Source: Eledone cirrhosa (lineage: Eukaryota). Taken from it: a DNA stretch of 64,000 bases. Made by a program: the position numbers and the translations under genes. This document shows, piece by piece, positions 1 to 12,295 of the stretch. Positions within the stretch are counted from its first letter, which is position 1. Every line of letters begins with the position of its first letter. The DNA lies in the NCBI GenBank assembly GCA_964016885.1, contig OZ024759.1, positions 10,230,001 through 10,294,000 on the forward strand, in the 5' to 3' direction. The notes under the pieces were generated by a model that was not told the origin of the DNA, ran no database searches, and was given only the letters and a program-made list of their open reading frames with translations.

Positions 1-129
1 CCCCCCTCAGTGGTAACCATACCTCCTCTACTACCCTGTCACATTTTCCCCCAAGCCCCTCCACCCTCCCTAGTCCCAAGACAAAAGTGCCCAGCCCCCA
101 CTGTGTTGTGTCAGTGACACAACAAAGGT

Positions 130-1403
130 CCCCAGTCCACACTGTAAAGTGAACATGTAAAAGATACGACAGAAAGCACCCAGCACTCACTGTAAATGTG
201 GTTGGCGTTGGGAAGGCCATCCAGCCGTAGAAAACCACCCCCAAACACCCAGCCCACACTGTAAAGTGAACATGTAAAAGATACGACAGAAAGCACCCAG
301 CACTCACTGTCAATGTGGTTGGTGTTAGGAAGGCCATCCAACCGTAGAAAACCACCCCCAAACACCCAGCCCACACTGTAAAGTGAACATGTAAAAGATA
401 CGACAGAAAGCACCCAGCACTCACTGCAAATGTGGTTGGCGTTAGGAAGGCCATCCAACCGTAGAAAACCACCCCCAAACACCCAGCCCACACTGTAAAG
501 TGAACATGTAAAAGATACGACAGAAAGCACCCAGCACTCACTGCAAATGTGGTTGGCGTTAGGAAGGCCATCCAACCATAGAAAACCACCCCCAAACACC
601 CAGCCCACACTGTAAAGTGAACATGTAAAAGATACGACAGAAAGCACCCAGCACTCACTGCAAATGTGGTTGGCGTTAGGAAGGCCATCCAACCGTAGAA
701 AACCACCCCCAAACACCCAGCCCACACTGTAAAGTGAACATGTAAAAGATACGACAGAAAGCACCCAGCACTCACTGCAAATGTGGTTGGCGTTAGGAAG
801 GCCATCCAACCATAGAAAACCACCCCCAAACACCCAGCCCACACTGTAAAGTGAACATGTAAAAGATACGACAGAAAGCACCCAGCACTCACTGCAAATG
901 TGGTTGGCGTTAGGAAGGCCATCCAACCATAGAAAACCACCCCCAAACACCCAGCCCACACTGTAAAGTGAACATGTAAAAGATACGACAGAAAGCACCC
1001 AGCACTCACTGTAAATGTGGTTGGCGTTAGGAAGGCCATCCAACCGTAGAAAACCACCCCCAAACACCCAGCCCACACTGTAAAGTGAACATGTAAAAGA
1101 TACGACAGAAAGCACCCAGCACTCACTGTAAATGTGGTTGGCGTTAGGAAGGCCATCCAGCCGTAGAAAACCACCCCCAAACACCCAGTCCACACTGTAA
1201 AGTGAACATGTAAAAGATACGACAGAAAGCACCCAGCACTCACTGTAAATGTGGTTGGCGTTGGGAAGGCCATCCAGCCGTAGAAACCAGCCAGAAACTC
1301 TCCCATATGAGTGAGACATGGTCACCCGACCCAACTTGCCTCTAATTGGGACAAACTCGTCTAACCCATGCTAGCGTGGAAGATGGACGTTAATCGACGA
1401 TGA
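130..1403 (+). repeat. 117-bp tandem array (~10 units) inside a SINE/RTE-type 3' region
   Basis: Unit contains cactgtaaagtg and ggaaggccatccaacc motifs shared with SINEs here; ends in ccatgctagcgtggaagatggacgtt tail. Confidence 0.85.
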
Positions 1404-1444
1404 ACTACCACATCTTTGATAATTCCTGTCTGTTGCTTCTGCAG

Positions 1445-1568
1445 GTGTTGTCATGTCGACAGAGGGATGTACTGATGTGTCTACATGAGAATGGCAGCAT
1501 CACTGTACGTGTACGACGCAAGACAAACATCATCAGCACTCCAGCATCAGAGGGAACTGGAGCATTTG
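1445..1568 (+). CDS. WDR11: WDR11 internal exon A (first in window)
   Basis: cag|GTG..G|gtagg; VLSCRQRDVLMCLHENGSITVRVRR matches recalled WDR11 QRDGLFCLHENGCITLRVRR; phase 0->1. Confidence 0.93.
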
Positions 1569-1620
1569 GTAGGAAACCCTTTTATCTTTCTACTTCTTCA
1601 TTCTTTTTATATTCTTTTCT

Positions 1621-3400
1621 GTGTATATCTGGTTTACAATAGGTACACTGTATCCCTGTGTATATCTGGTTTACAATAGGTACACTGTATCCCTGTGTGT
1701 ATCTGGTTTACAATAGGTACACTGTATCCCTGTGTATATCTGGTTTACAATAGGTACACTGTATCCCTGTGTGTATCTGGTTTACAATAGGTACACTGTA
1801 TCCCTGTGTATATCTGGTTTACAATAGGTACACTGTATCCCTGTGTATATCTGGTTTACAATAGGTACACTGTATCCCTGTGTGTATCTGGTTTACAATA
1901 GGTACACTGTATCCCTGTGTATATCAGGTTTACAATAGGTACACTGTATCCCTGTGTATATCTGGTTTACAATAGGTACACTGTATCCCTGTGTATAGTT
2001 TACAATAGGTACACTGTATCCCTGTGTATAGTTTACAATAGGTACACTGTATCCCTGTGTGTATCTGGTTTACAATAGGTACACTGTATCCCTGTGTATA
2101 TCTGGTTTACAATAGGTACACTGTATCCCTGTGTGTACCTGGTTTACAATAGGTACACTGTATCCCTGTGTATATCAGGTTTACAATAGGTACACTGTAT
2201 CCCTGTGTATATCTGGTTTACAATAGGTACACTGTATCCCTGTGTATAGTTTACAATAGGTACACTGTATCCCTGTGTATATCTGGTTTACAATAGGTAC
2301 ACTGTATCCCTGTGTGTACCTGGTTTACAATAGGTACACTGTATCCCTGTGTATATCAGGTTTACAATAGGTACACTGTATCCCTGTGTATATCTGGTTT
2401 ACAATAGGTACACTGTATCCCTGTGTGTATCTGGTTTACAATAGATACACTGTATCCCTGTGTATATCAGGTTTACAATAGGTACACTGTATCCCTGTGT
2501 GTATCTGGTTTACAATAGATACACTGTATCCCTGTGTATATCAGGTTTACAATAGGTACACTGTATCCCTGTGTGTATCTGGTTTACAATAGGTACACTG
2601 TATCCCTGTGTATATCTGGTTTACAATAGGTACACTGTATCCCTGTGTGTATCTGGTTTACAATAGATACACTGTATCCCTGTGTATATCAGGTTTACAA
2701 TAGGTACACTGTATCCCTGTGTATATCTGGTTTACAATAGGTACACTGTATCCCTGTGTATAGTTTACAATAGGTACACTGTATCCCTGTATATATCTGG
2801 TTTACAATAGGTACACTGTATCCCTGTGTATATCAGGTTTACAATAGGTACACTGTATCCCTGTATATATCTGGTTTACAATAGGTACACTGTATCCCTG
2901 TGTATATCAGGTTTACAATAGGTACACTGTATCCCTGTATATATCAGGTTTACAATAGGTACACTGTATCCCTGTATATATCTGGTTTACAATAGGTACA
3001 CTGTATCCCTGTGTATATCAGGTTTACAATAGGTACACTGTATCCCTGTGTATAGTTTACAATAGGTACACTGTATCCCTGTGTATAGTTTACAATAGGT
3101 ACACTGTATCCCTGTGTCTATCTGGTTTACAATAGGTACACTGTATCCCTCTGTCTATCTGGTTTACAATAGGTACACTGTATCCCTGTGTCTATCTGGT
3201 TTACAATAGGTACACTGTATCCCTGTGTCTATCTGGTTTACAATAGGTACACTGTATCCCTGTGTCTATCTGGTTTACAATAGGTACACTGTATCCCTGT
3301 GTATAGTTTACAATAGGTAAGTATGATACAGTGTACCTATTGTAAACTATACACAGGGATACAGTCTGTATCCGTGTGTGTCAAGTTTACAATAGGTACA
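1621..3400. repeat. 37-bp minisatellite (~46 units) ending in an inverted unit
   Basis: gtgtatatctggtttacaataggtacactgtatccct repeated. Confidence 0.95.
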
Positions 3401-3401
3401 T

Positions 3402-3880
3402 GTATAGTATATAGTGTATATATAGAGTATATAGTGTATATATAGAGTATATAGTGTATATATAGAGTATATAGTGTATATATAGAGTATATAGTGTATA
3501 TATAGTGTATATATAGAGTATATAGTGTATATATGGAGTATATCGTGTATATATAGAGTATATCGTGTATATATAGAGTATATAGTGTATATATAGAGTA
3601 TATAGTGTATATATAGAGTGTATATAGTGTATATATAGAGTATATAGTGTATATATAGAGTATATCGTGTATATATAGAGTATATAGAGTATATAGTGTA
3701 TATATATAGAGTATATAGTGTATATATAGAGTATATAGTGTATATATATAGAGTATATAGTATATATATAGAGTATATAGTATATATATAAAGTATATAG
3801 TGTATATATAGAGTATATAGTGTATATATATATATATAGTATATAGTGTATATATAGAGTATATAGTGTATATAATAGTA
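3402..3880. repeat. TA-rich ~20-bp repeat
   Basis: (tatatatagagtatatagtg)n. Confidence 0.9.
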
Positions 3881-4277
3881 TATGTGACATCACTGGTGCC
3901 AAGCTGTATTGACAACATTGGTGGCAGGGAGAGGGGAGACTGGTATGCATGGGTGACTGCTGGTCTTCCACAAGGGGAGTTTTCCAGGTGTAAATCCCAT
4001 GGTCATTCATGACTGAATGGGGTCTTACCCATTATGTATATATATATATTAGAAATCTTATAACGAAACGATCGTATGGAAAGAAAGAGAGATTTATTTA
4101 ATTATGTCTCATATAAAATAATACAACCAACTATCCACGAAATACTGATTAGTTAGCACCCCAAACACAATTGGGATTATACTTAGGTATATCCTAATGT
4201 TTGTTGAGTGAGATGGAGTTGGTCAGAGTATCGCTAAAATCTTTCTCTGTTAATGTATTAAATATATATATATATAT

Positions 4278-4621
4278 ATCATCATCATTATCATTTCATT
4301 TTACGTCCGCTTTTCCCTGCTTGCAAGGGTGGGACGGGAACTGATTCTGGCTTGGTTTCTACAGCTGGATGCCCTTCCTAACACCAACCTCATTTACAGT
4401 GAGTGCTGGGTGCTTTTTTGCTGTGGCACCTCCACGACCACTTTACAGTGGAATGATAGGGACCCCAGTCCCTATCATCTCATTTCTACAGCTGAGTAAA
4501 CTGGAGCAATGTGAAATAAAGTGTCTTGCTCAAGGAAACAACACATCACCCGGTCTGAGAATTGAACTCACAACCTTTCGATTGCAAGGCCAATGCTCTA
4601 ACGACTAAGCCATGTGCCTCC
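4278..4621 (-). mobile_element. tRNA-derived CORE-type SINE with RTE-like tail
   Basis: Reverse complement of 5188-5530; A/B-box head, ccttgagcaagacacttt core, (gat)n tail. Confidence 0.85.
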
Positions 4622-4767
4622 ATATATATATCAGCAAAGGGATATTTAATTTGTTGGTAATTCAACAAATATATATATTTATAACTGATTCGAAGCACTC
4701 AACAGGTTTTCTGGAGTATAATATCAATGATATAAATAAATGGAAACTATATTTATAAAACCATATT

Positions 4768-4828
4768 TATTCTATTATATATATTTCAAGGGTACCAAAA
4801 CTTTGGTACGCTCTCATCAGATAAAATA
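4768..4828 (-). ncRNA. Type I hammerhead ribozyme, Penelope-like remnant
   Basis: Minus strand: UAUUUUAU CUGAUGA [10-bp stem II] GAAA UAUAUA UA^ AUAGAAUA; 8-bp stem I, palindromic stem III. Confidence 0.7.
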
Positions 4829-5187
4829 CGAAGTTTGTTTTATAAATATTTACATATCCAGGAACGAGACCTCAACGGTTCAAGTTTTTCTGGATATTAA
4901 TATCATTGATATATATATATATATATATATATTTGAAAAAGTATCTCCATGGCTAAGATCAGACAAAATAAATGATGGAGGAAAACAACAGAAAAACGGG
5001 TGAAACACCAGAGACAGTCCCTTCTCATCAGTTGACCTCTGGAGGTCCTCGTGGTTTCAGTGCCACATACACATATATATATATGACTGATAAGTTTCAA
5101 AAAGTCGAAACAATTTAGTAGAAATATATAAAGGGCAAAGGATAACAAATAGTACAAAAGAAAGTAATGTTTTAATCTGTATAATGT

Positions 5188-5530
5188 GGAGGCACATGGC
5201 TTAATGGTTAGAGCATTGGCCTTGCAATCGAAAGGTTGTGAGTTCAATTCTCAGACCGGGTGATGTGTTGTTTCCTTGAGCAAGACACTTTATTTCACAT
5301 TGCTCCAGTTTACTCAGCTGTAGAAATGAGATGATAGGTACTGGGGTCCCTATCATTCCACTGCAAAGTGGTCGTGGAGGTGCCACGGCAAAAAAGCACC
5401 CAGCACTCACTGTAAATGAGGTTGGTGTTAGGAAGGGCATCCAGCTGTAGAAATTAAGCCAGAATCAGTTCCCGTCCCACCCTTGCAAGCAGGGAAACGT
5501 GGACGTAAAATGAAATGATGATGATGATGA
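5188..5530 (+). mobile_element. tRNA-derived CORE-type SINE, full length
   Basis: ggaggcacatggcttaatggttagagc..gagttcaattc head; core; ggaagggcatccagc; tail shared with RTE at 45500-45553. Confidence 0.87.
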
Positions 5531-5599
5531 TTTCATCTTAATATTTAAGAGCTAATACCCTCTTTTCAAATGTCTGTGTTTGTTGGTTACCCTATATGT

Positions 5600-6110
5600 A
5601 TATATATGGCACCTTGGCTTGTGCTGGAATTTCATCTGACGAATGAGAGAAAATGGCTGAGGAGCGAGTGAAGTGCAGACGTTTGATCAAGTCAGGTAGT
5701 GAACACTTAGAAACTCATTGAAGAGAACACCTAACACTGAAAAAGAAGGTGAGGAAAAGAGACTGTTCTGAACTGCCTCCTGTTGAACATCATCTGGTTT
5801 CCCAGCACTGTGGTCGAGTCTGCCTGAGCAAAGCTGGTTTGATTAGACACGAACAAAGTCATGTAGATTATGATCTGAAAAGGTGTCAGGAATGTGGCAA
5901 GGAATGTGCAATCATGGGAGGTCTTAAAAGACACATGAGAACACACAGCCAGAACAAAGCAATGGAAAGTCCCAGAGGAGCCTACAGTTGCCATGTATGT
6001 GCCAGAGGGTGCAAGTCTTTGGCTGGTTTAAAGAGCTACATTCGTGCCTCACATTTTTTAGCATTTTATTAGGCAATGGCAATGCTTGAACACGAGTTTG
6101 TAGCTATCAT
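5600..6110 (+). mobile_element. RTE/BovB-like LINE 3' end with degenerate C2H2 fingers
   Basis: HCGRVCLSKAGLIRHEQSH, CQECGK..GGLKRHMRTH, CHVCARGCKSLAGLKSY; upstream stop; intronic. Confidence 0.6.
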
Positions 6111-6124
6111 ATATAATGTGTGCT

Positions 6125-6177
<53 letters not shown>

Positions 6178-6183
<6 letters not shown>

Positions 6184-6664
6184 AAGTGAGTCCTTCATCA
6201 GTGACCCTCCAACCGTCCCAGGCATTTCATCGCTTTAAGGGCCATATGCCTCAGGTTGGTGCGAACAACGGCTAAAAAAAGTCGTTGGGACACGTAAACA
6301 AATCTTCTCTCCTTTCTATCTCTCTTTTTTCCCCCCCGTCAAACTTGGGCGAAATTCCTTCCTTGCTCACATTTCAACCAGGTTTGATGGTCTTTATTCT
6401 CTCGTTCACGGTTTCACCGAGTTTATATTCATAGAGATCTGGGACTTGTCTATTTCCTCTCACTTTCCGTTGCTTAAACTTTTTTGTTGTTACCCTAGCG
6501 TCCCCTTTGTTTACGTGTCCCAACGACTTTTTTTAGCCGTTGCTCGCACCAACCTGAGGCATATGGCCCTTAAAGCGATGAAATGCCTGGGACGGTTGGA
6601 GGGTCACTGATGAAGGACTTACTTTTTCATATGTATCCCATTTGCAACGCCGCAGCTCCATTAT

Positions 6665-6665
<1 letters not shown>
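6178..6665. mobile_element. Penelope-like pseudo-LTR remnant with inverted partial copy
   Basis: 6178-6302 is the reverse complement of ~6506-6631; flanked by (TA)n; same family at 15470-15830. Confidence 0.55.
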
Positions 6666-6708
<43 letters not shown>

Positions 6709-6817
6709 TATAATATATATATAATATATATATAATATATATATATAATATATATATAATATATATATATAATATATATATAATATATATATAATATATA
6801 TATAATATATATATAAT

Positions 6818-6869
<52 letters not shown>

Positions 6870-6870
6870 T

Positions 6871-7085
6871 GTGAAGGCGTGTGGCTGAGTGGTTAGAGAA
6901 TTGGATTCACAATCGTGAGATTGTGAGTTCGATTCCTGGACCAGGCGATGCGTTATGTCCTTGAGCAAGACACTTTATTTCACGTTGCTCCTTCTACCTG
7001 GAGGTGCGACCGATAGATAGTATTAGCAATTGGAAAGACCGACGAAAACATTGTTTCCTCGGTCCGATTTGACGAAAGTCGATCA
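6871..7085 (+). mobile_element. tRNA-derived CORE-type SINE (second family)
   Basis: gtgaaggcgtgtggctgagtggttag..gagttcgattcc..gtccttgagcaagacac; near-identical to 39593-39815. Confidence 0.82.
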
Positions 7086-7204
7086 TTAAAAATATATGAT
7101 ATTTCATACTGCCAAAATCTGTTAAATAAATTTAGATTACATTCTTTTTATTGTATTTTTTTTTTCAAAAGCAATATAATTCCTGAGAATTCCTTGTATT
7201 TTAG

Positions 7205-7392
7205 ATGATGGTTTATTGAATCCGGCGTTGGACATTTCCTATGATCTCCGATGTCAATCCGATCCGTTAAGGATCACTCGTCACAGTAAAGTGTTTGGTG
7301 TGTCACTCTGTGCTGTGTCAGAACGGTTGCTGGCTCTAGTAATGAGTGATAGCAGGGTGCTTTTCATTGAGTTAAAAGCTACAGAATACAAG
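7205..7392 (+). CDS. WDR11: WDR11 exon B
   Basis: ttag|AT..AAG|gtaagc; ISYDLRCQSDPLRITRH..LALVMSDSRVLFIELK; phase 1->0. Confidence 0.93.
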
Positions 7393-7515
7393 GTAAGCCT
7401 TTGGGATTTTTTTTTGGGGGGGGGGGGGGGGGGGTCCTCTTCAATACCTTCTTTTTTTTTTACCAAACTAAGAAGCTCATCTGGTCCATGCTTACCCTGG
7501 TTTTATCAGCATTAA

Positions 7516-8494
7516 CCCTTTAACATTTAAACCGGCTATATCCGGCCAGAATTTCCTCACCTCTTTCAATTCAAACCAGAGGTGAGAGAATTCTGTCCTG
7601 ATATGGCCAGTTTAACCCTTTAGCATTTACATTACTCTATATATACTATTATATTTTCATGGTAAAGGCTTTACCTCACATAATATCTCACATAACATTT
7701 ACATTACTCTATATATACTATTATATTTTCATGGTAAAGGCTTTATCTCACATAATATCTCACATAACATTCACATTACTCTATATATCCTATTATATTT
7801 TCATGGTAAAGGCTTTATCTCACATAATATCTCACATAACATTCACATTACTTTATATATACTATTGTATTGTCACAGTAAAGGCTTTACCTCACATAAT
7901 ATCTCACATAACATTTACATTACTCTATATATACTATTGTATTTTCACAGTAAAGGCTTTACCTCACATAATATCTCACATAACATTTACATTACTCTAT
8001 ATATACTATTGTATTTTCACAGTAAAGGCTTTACCTCACATATCTCACATAACATTCACATTACTCTATATATACTATTGTATTGTCACAGTAAAGGCTT
8101 TACCTCACATAATATCTCACATAACATTTACATTACTCTATATATACTATTGTATTTTCACAGTAAAGGCTTTACCTCACATAATATCTCACATAACATT
8201 CACATTACTCTATATATACTATTATATTTTCACAGTAAAGGCTTTATCTCACATAATATCTCACATAACATTCACATTACTCTATATATACTATTGTATT
8301 TTCATGGTAAAGGCTTTATCTCACATAATATCTCACATAATATCGAATCTATGAGATTTTGAAAGTATTTATTTTGAGAACAATACCTTAACATCAGTTT
8401 GAGTGACCAGTTTCAGCCAGTTTCAACAGAAAAAGGTAGAGAATTCTGGCCGTGTTTTGCCGGTTTGAACACTAAAGGGTTAAATGCTAAAGGG
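7516..8494. mobile_element. Nested piggyBac-like MITEs; inner copy 7616-8479 holds a 72-bp array
   Basis: TTAA|CCCTTT..AAAGGG|TTAA termini; inner element sits in a TTAA of the outer element's right end. Confidence 0.78.
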
Positions 8495-8899
8495 TTGAAA
8501 TAAGGTGGTGAATTGATAGAGTCACTAGAACGTCAGATAAAATGCATTGTGATGTTAGTTTGAGCTCTCTACTCTCTGGGCTCAAATCTTACAGAGGTCA
8601 ACTTTGCCTGTCATCCATTCAGTGTGGATAAAGAAGTACCAGTCTAATACTGGGGTTGATTGTTCCTCTATATCTTTCTCGCTTCCATTCTCTCACTCTC
8701 TATATCCTTCACTGGAAGAAACCTGCTGCGTTCAGACCTGGAGAGGAGATGGGCTGCACCAGGTTTAACGATGTCCAACAAACACAGTATGTCAATATGG
8801 CGTCCTTACGACTTCATCAGGGCTTATGGAACCATACATATAAATAGATTTTATTGTAGAAGTAGGGCTGGTTTCAGCTGGTTTCTATCAGAACAGTCA

Positions 8900-10015
8900 A
8901 GATCATGTTGTTGGTGTTGGTGTTGTTGGTGGTGGTGTTGTATGTTGGTGTTGATGGCGGTGGTGGTGGTGGTGGTGTTGGTGTTGTGGTTGTTGATGGT
9001 GGTGGTGGTGTTGTGATTGTTGATGGTGGTGGTGGTGGTGGTGTTGATGTTGCGGTTGTTGATGGTGGTGTTGGTGGTGGTGGTGTTGTATGTTGGTGTT
9101 GATGTTGGTGTTGTGGTTGTTGATGGTGGTGGTGGTGGTGTTGTTGTTCGTGGTGGTGTTGTGGTTGTTGGTGGTGGTGGTGGTGTTGGTGTTGTGGTTG
9201 TTGATGGTGGTGGTGGTGGTGTTGTATGGTGGTGGTGGTGTTGGTGTTGATGGTGGTGGTGGTGGTGGTGTTGATGTTGTGGTTGTTGATGGTGGTGGTG
9301 GTGTTGTGGTTGTTGATAGTGGTGGTGGTGGTGTTGTATGTTGGTGGTGGTGTTGTGGTTGTTGATGGTGGTGGTGGTGTTGTTGGTAGTGTTGTTGTTG
9401 TTGGTGTTGTGGTTGGTGTTGTTAGTGTTGTTGGTGGTGGTGTTGGTGTTATTGTTGTTGGTGTTAGTGTTGTGGTCGAAGTGTTGTTGGTGTTGTTAGT
9501 GTTGGTGGTGGTGGTGTTGGTGTTGTTGGTGCTGTGTTGTTGTTATTGTTGTTGGTGTTAGTGTTGTGGTCGAAGTGTTGTTGGTGTTGTTAGTGTTGGT
9601 GGTGGTGGTGTTGGTGTTGTTGGTGCTGTGTTGTTGTTATTGTTGTTGGTGTTAGTGTTGTGGTCGAAGTGTTGTTGGTGTTGTTAGTGTTGGTGGTGGT
9701 GGTGTTGGTGTTGTTGGTGCTGTGTTGTTGTTATTGTTGTTGGTGTTAGTGTTGTGGTCGAAGTGTTGTTGGTGTTGTTAGTGTTGGTGGTGGTGGTGTT
9801 GGTGTTGTTGGTGCTGTGTTGTTGTTATTGTTGTTGGTGTTAGTGTTGTGGTCGAAGTGTTGATGTTGGTGTTGTTAGTGTTGGTGGTGGTGGTGTTGTT
9901 AGTGGTGGTGGTGGTGTTGGTGCTGTGTTGTTATTGTTGTTGTTGGTGTTAGTGTTGTTGTTTGTGGTGTTGGTGTTGTTGTTCATGGTGGTGGTGGTGG
10001 TGGTGGTGGTGTTTG
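8900..10015. repeat. (GGT/GTT)n degenerate microsatellite
   Basis: Direct reading. Confidence 0.9.
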
Positions 10016-10053
10016 TGGACTAATGTCTCCTGTGTTTCTCTTCTTATCACCAG

Positions 10054-10414
10054 GTGGGCTATAATTATCCAATACAACTAACCTCACCTTTATACACACC
10101 TGGATATTCTCTCGATCCCCTGCTCAGTTTTACCAACACTGTCTATTGTGATGGCACAAACCAGTTCCCAGTGACCAGCGACATTCCCTACCCCCGTAAC
10201 ACTCTCTATGATCTGATAGGTCAGCCACAGTTGAGTGCTGGTGGTGGTATGTATGAGTCCAGCTCCCCGTATCGTGTCTCCAACCATGGTGTCGCACTCA
10301 AGTTCATGTTGACAGGCCTTCTCAGTGGTGTGGCCTCTCCAGTGTCAGTCATAAGAATGTCACCACCACTCACCCAGAAAAATGCTTCCATGTACAAACC
10401 CCTCCTGGCAGTTG
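10054..10414 (+). CDS. WDR11: WDR11 exon C
   Basis: cag|GTG..G|gtaagt; LKFMLTGLLSG..IRMSPPLTQKNASMYKPLLAVG; phase 0->1. Confidence 0.93.
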
Positions 10415-10538
10415 GTAAGTTCTTGTAAAATTCACTTTAAATTATTTGGTACAGGTGTGACTGTGTGGTTAAAGAGTTACGTGTAGGTATGGTTAAGTGC
10501 TGGTATGGTCGAGTGGTTAAGGAATTTGGTGTAGGTAT

Positions 10539-10835
10539 GATCATCATCAGGTCGAGCTTGCTCGGCTTTCTACGACACGTTTCCTCCATCCATCTCTGTC
10601 TCATAGCGTTTGCCAGTTCTTCCGCAGTGCATCCAGTATCGTCCTCAAGTTGCTTGATGTATGTCTTCTTGGGACGACCAGCGTTTCTTGCTCCATGTCT
10701 TGGAGGGAACACCCAACAAATAAGGATCTCTATGGCAATATGCCACCTATCAGCAGCTCAATACGTGGACAGAGACTCAGATTTGCTGGCCACTGTTGGC
10801 GCAGCAAGGAAGAAATAGCAGGTGATGTGTTGTTA
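10539..10835 (-). mobile_element. RTE-type LINE 3' fragment with inverted 5' part
   Basis: TSD tggtgtaggtat (10527-10538/10836-10847); GRPKKTYIKQL on minus, RLRFAGHCWR on plus. Confidence 0.8.
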
Positions 10836-10863
10836 TGGTGTAGGTATAGTTAAGTGGTTAAAG

Positions 10864-11831
10864 CAGTCATGGGCAACCTGTAGCCCGCGAAGCTTTCGGA
10901 ATGGCTCGCCTAAGTCACTTGAGTGAAATCTTTGATTTTTTTACCCCAACTTTTCAGTCGTAATTTATCTTTCTATCATTTTTACGGTCAAGGAAAACAA
11001 CGTGTAGGAATTCTGAAGAAAGAAATCAAAACAACCTGAGTTACCTCCCTTGTTTTTAATGTGGGCACAAATGTAAAATAGCGCTTACGGCCCACCTGAT
11101 GAGCCATATCTCATGTGGCCAGCCTGATGACGAACCATATCTCATGTGGCCAGCCTGATGATGAGCCATATCTCATGTGGCCAGCCTGATGATGAGCCAT
11201 ATCTCATGTGGCTCACCTGATGATGAGCTATATCTCATGTGGCCAGCCTGATGATGAGCCATATCTCATGTGGCCCACCTGATGATGATCCATATCTCAT
11301 GTGGCCCACCTGATGATGATCCATATCTCATGTGGCCCACCTGATGATGATCCATATCTCATGTGGTCCACCTGATGATGAGCCATATCTCATGTGGCCA
11401 GCTTGATGATGAGCCAAATCTCATGTGGCCCACCTGGTGGTGAGCTCTATCTCATGTGGCCCACCTGATGATGAGCCATATCTCATGTGGCCCACCTGAT
11501 GATGAGCCATATCTCATGTGGCCCACCTGATGATGAGCCATATCTCATGCGGGCCACCTGATGATCAGCCATATCTCATGTGGCCCACCTGATGGTGAGC
11601 TATATCTCCTGTGGCCCACCTGATGGTGAGCTCTATCTCATGTGGCCCACCTGATGATGAGCTATATCTCATGTGGCCAGCCTGATGATGAGCCATATCT
11701 CATGTAGCCAGCCTGATGATGAGCCAAATCTCATGTGGCCAGCCTGATGGTGAGCCAAATCTCATGTGGCCAGCCTGATGGTGAGCCATATCTCATGCAG
11801 CCGGCTTCTCGAAAAAGGTTGCCCATGCTTG
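10864..11831. mobile_element. Non-autonomous hAT element with internal 31-bp array (~23 units)
   Basis: TIR cagtcatgggcaacct/aggttgcccatgcttg; perfect 8-bp TSD GGTTAAAG. Confidence 0.88.
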
Positions 11832-12190
11832 GGTTAAAGAGTTAAGTGTAGTATGGTTGAGTGGTTAAAGAGTTAAGTGTAGTACGGTTGAGTGGTTAAA
11901 GAGTTAAGTGTAGTACGGTTGAGTGGTTAAAGAGTTAAGTGTAGTATGGTTGAGTGGTTAAAGAGTTAAGTGTAGTACGGTTGAGTGGTTAAAGAGTTAA
12001 GTGTAGTACGGGTGAGTGGTTAAAGAGTTAAGTGTAGTATGGTTGAGTGGTTAAAGAGTTAAGTGTAGTATGGTTGAGTGGTTAAAGAGTTAAGTGTAGT
12101 ATGGTTGAGTGGTTAAAGAGTTAAGTGTAGTATGGTTGAGTGGTTAAAGAGTTAAGTGTAGTACGGGTGAGTGGTTAAAGAGTTAAGTGT
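11832..12190. repeat. 31-bp minisatellite resembling a SINE A-box head
   Basis: ggttaaagagttaagtgtagtatggttgagt x ~11; related sequence at 10455-10535. Confidence 0.85.
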
Positions 12191-12210
12191 TTTGTGTCTT
12201 CTATTTTCAG

Positions 12211-12295
12211 GTAACCATTCCGGTTCTGTCCAGATCTTTAACTTATGTAGTGGTCAACTCGATAAAGAATTCTGTGTCCATTCAACCACAGTCAG
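12211..12295 (+). CDS. WDR11: WDR11 exon D
   Basis: ttttcag|GT..AG|gtaaat; GNHSGSVQIFNLCSGQLDKEFCVHSTTVR; phase 1->2; not in ORF track. Confidence 0.92.

Noticed and set aside
5188-5262. tRNA-Cys-like gene (also at 6871, 39593, 40233)
   Set aside because: A/B boxes run straight into the SINE core and no proper acceptor stem forms; these are SINE heads.
5749-6072. Host C2H2 zinc-finger gene
   Set aside because: Two of three fingers lack a ligand, there are no TGEKP linkers, there is an upstream stop, and the motif style matches RTE/BovB C-termini.
6600-6630. CTGATGA at ~6608 (plus) and ~5031 (minus) as hammerheads
   Set aside because: No downstream stem II plus GAAA; I could not build the three-way junction.
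11089-11800. CTGATGA / ATGATGA in the 31-bp array as tandem hammerheads or C/D snoRNAs
   Set aside because: No GAAA or stem III follows; units are too short for a C/D guide; the array is internal to a hAT MITE.
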